In this document: positions 63,340-64,000 of the stretch, one piece after another | Layout: every line of letters starts with the position of its first letter | How positions within the stretch are numbered: position 1 is the stretch's first letter | Origin: Acutalibacteraceae bacterium | Lineage (GTDB): Bacteria > Bacillota_I > Bacilli_A > RFN20 > CAG-449 | Length of the DNA: 64,000 nucleotides | Assembly: GCA_963610315.1 (NCBI GenBank) | Contig: CAVDMV010000004.1 | Span: 7,381 to 71,380 of the forward strand | Direction: 5' to 3' | Notes under the pieces: generated by a model | Databases searched by the model: none | What the model was told of the DNA's origin: nothing | What the model saw: only the letters and a program-made list of their open reading frames with translations | Made by a program: the position numbers and the translations under genes

Positions 63340-63789
63340 ATGAAAGTTATTTTATTACAAGATGTTAGTAAGATTGGTAGAAAAAACCAAATTGTTGAAG
63401 TTTCTGATGGTTATGCAAGTAACTATTTAATTCCTAGAAAACTCGCGGTTAAATTAACAACTACAGAAGTTTATAAACGTGATCAACAAATCCAAGAAGA
63501 AAAAGAAGAATACGCGAGAAAGAAGTTGGAAGCACAAGAAATTAGTGAAAAACTTAAAGACATCGTATTAGAATTTGAAGCTACTTCTAGTAAAGATGGT
63601 AGAATGATGGGAACAATCTCACCAAAAGAAATCGTTCATGAATTAAAAGAAAAATACGATATTGTTGTTGATAAAAGAAAATTTGTCGATAAATATCCAT
63701 GCAATTCATTTGGATACACAAATTTAAAAGTTGAATTATTTAAGGATGTTATTGCAACTGTTCGAGTACACGTTTCTGAAAAGAAGTAG
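63340..63789 (+). CDS. rplI: 50S ribosomal protein L9
   Basis: MKVILLQDV...G......V.DGYA.NYLIP is a canonical L9 N-terminus. Confidence 0.96.
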   Translation: MKVILLQDVSKIGRKNQIVEVSDGYASNYLIPRKLAVKLTTTEVYKRDQQIQEEKEEYARKKLEAQEISEKLKDIVLEFEATSSKDGRMMGTISPKEIVHELKEKYDIVVDKRKFVDKYPCNSFGYTNLKVELFKDVIATVRVHVSEKK

Positions 63790-63799
63790 GTGATAAACA

Positions 63800-64000
63800 A
63801 TGGAGAATTTACCACACAATGAAGAATCGGAACGTGTAGTTCTTGCATCGATTCTTCAAACTTCTGATCCTGCAATTGTTACTGAACTTGCAGACCAATT
63901 AACTGAAGAAGATTTCTTTAATCCTGATTCAGTCAATAAAAGAAAACCTGAGCCTAGTAGAAACGCTCTCATCTTAAGAGCGATTAAAAACATTAGAAAG
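63800..64000 (+). CDS. dnaB: Replicative DNA helicase DnaB/DnaC, N-terminal fragment (3' end outside window)
   Basis: My translation is MENLPHNEESERVVLASILQTSDPAIV... It matches the DnaB N-terminal P-H-N-x-E-A-E-x-x-V-L-G-S-I-L pattern. Conserved position after rplI. Confidence 0.85.
   Translation, partial: MENLPHNEESERVVLASILQTSDPAIVTELADQLTEEDFFNPDSVNKRKPEPSRNALILRAIKNIRK

Overview
The window looks like the chromosomal replication-origin region of a very AT-rich (about 30% GC by eye) Bacillota/Mollicutes-like bacterium. It uses the standard genetic code: conserved genes end at TGA stops and have no in-frame TGA. The DAK2-plsX adjacency, ppdK, and many lipoproteins with Ser-rich stalks suggest an Acholeplasma-, Erysipelotrichia- or RF39-like lineage, but this is inference only.

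Core content:
- Left of the origin, on the minus strand: rpmH-rnpA-yidC-jag-mnmE-tatD-rnmV-rsmA-ispE-prs.
- A DnaA-box cluster (oriC) lies at about 13.74-13.87 kb.
- Right of the origin, on the plus strand: dnaA-dnaN-yaaA-recF-gyrB-gyrA, T-box/serS, an iron alcohol dehydrogenase, SRP RNA-tadA, nrdDG, yloV-plsX, a fused MacB-type ABC transporter, a hydrolase, and rpsF-ssb-rpsR-(YybS-like)-gdpP-rplI-dnaB.
- Minus-strand insertions on the right side: a MacB-like ABC pair, pepT, a Mn2+ riboswitch-mntP unit, a subtilase/lipoprotein cassette, and an operon of RDD-type membrane proteins.
- An approximately 11.4 kb starch/pullulan utilisation operon spans 44.8-56.2 kb. It encodes a MalK-like ATPase, a CBM-like lipoprotein, a solute-binding lipoprotein, MalF/MalG-like permeases, and lipid-anchored GH13 amylase and pullulanase.

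Most interesting observations:
1. An especially AT-rich cassette encodes a secreted S8 subtilase carrying three tandem His2Cys2 knuckles, two paralogous small lipoproteins and a divergent orphan gene.
2. The MalF-like permease has a 439-aa K/E-rich coiled-coil-like insertion.
3. The ppdK and mal-operon leaders share colinear sequence blocks, including the 12-bp palindrome CTTGTATACAAG. The mal promoter also carries a perfect cre site.
4. Phased direct repeats occur in several long intergenic regions, with 33-bp and 60-bp periods.

I saw no CRISPR array, rRNA, tRNA, transposase or integrase. All calls come from reading the sequence and ORF translations; no database search was run.
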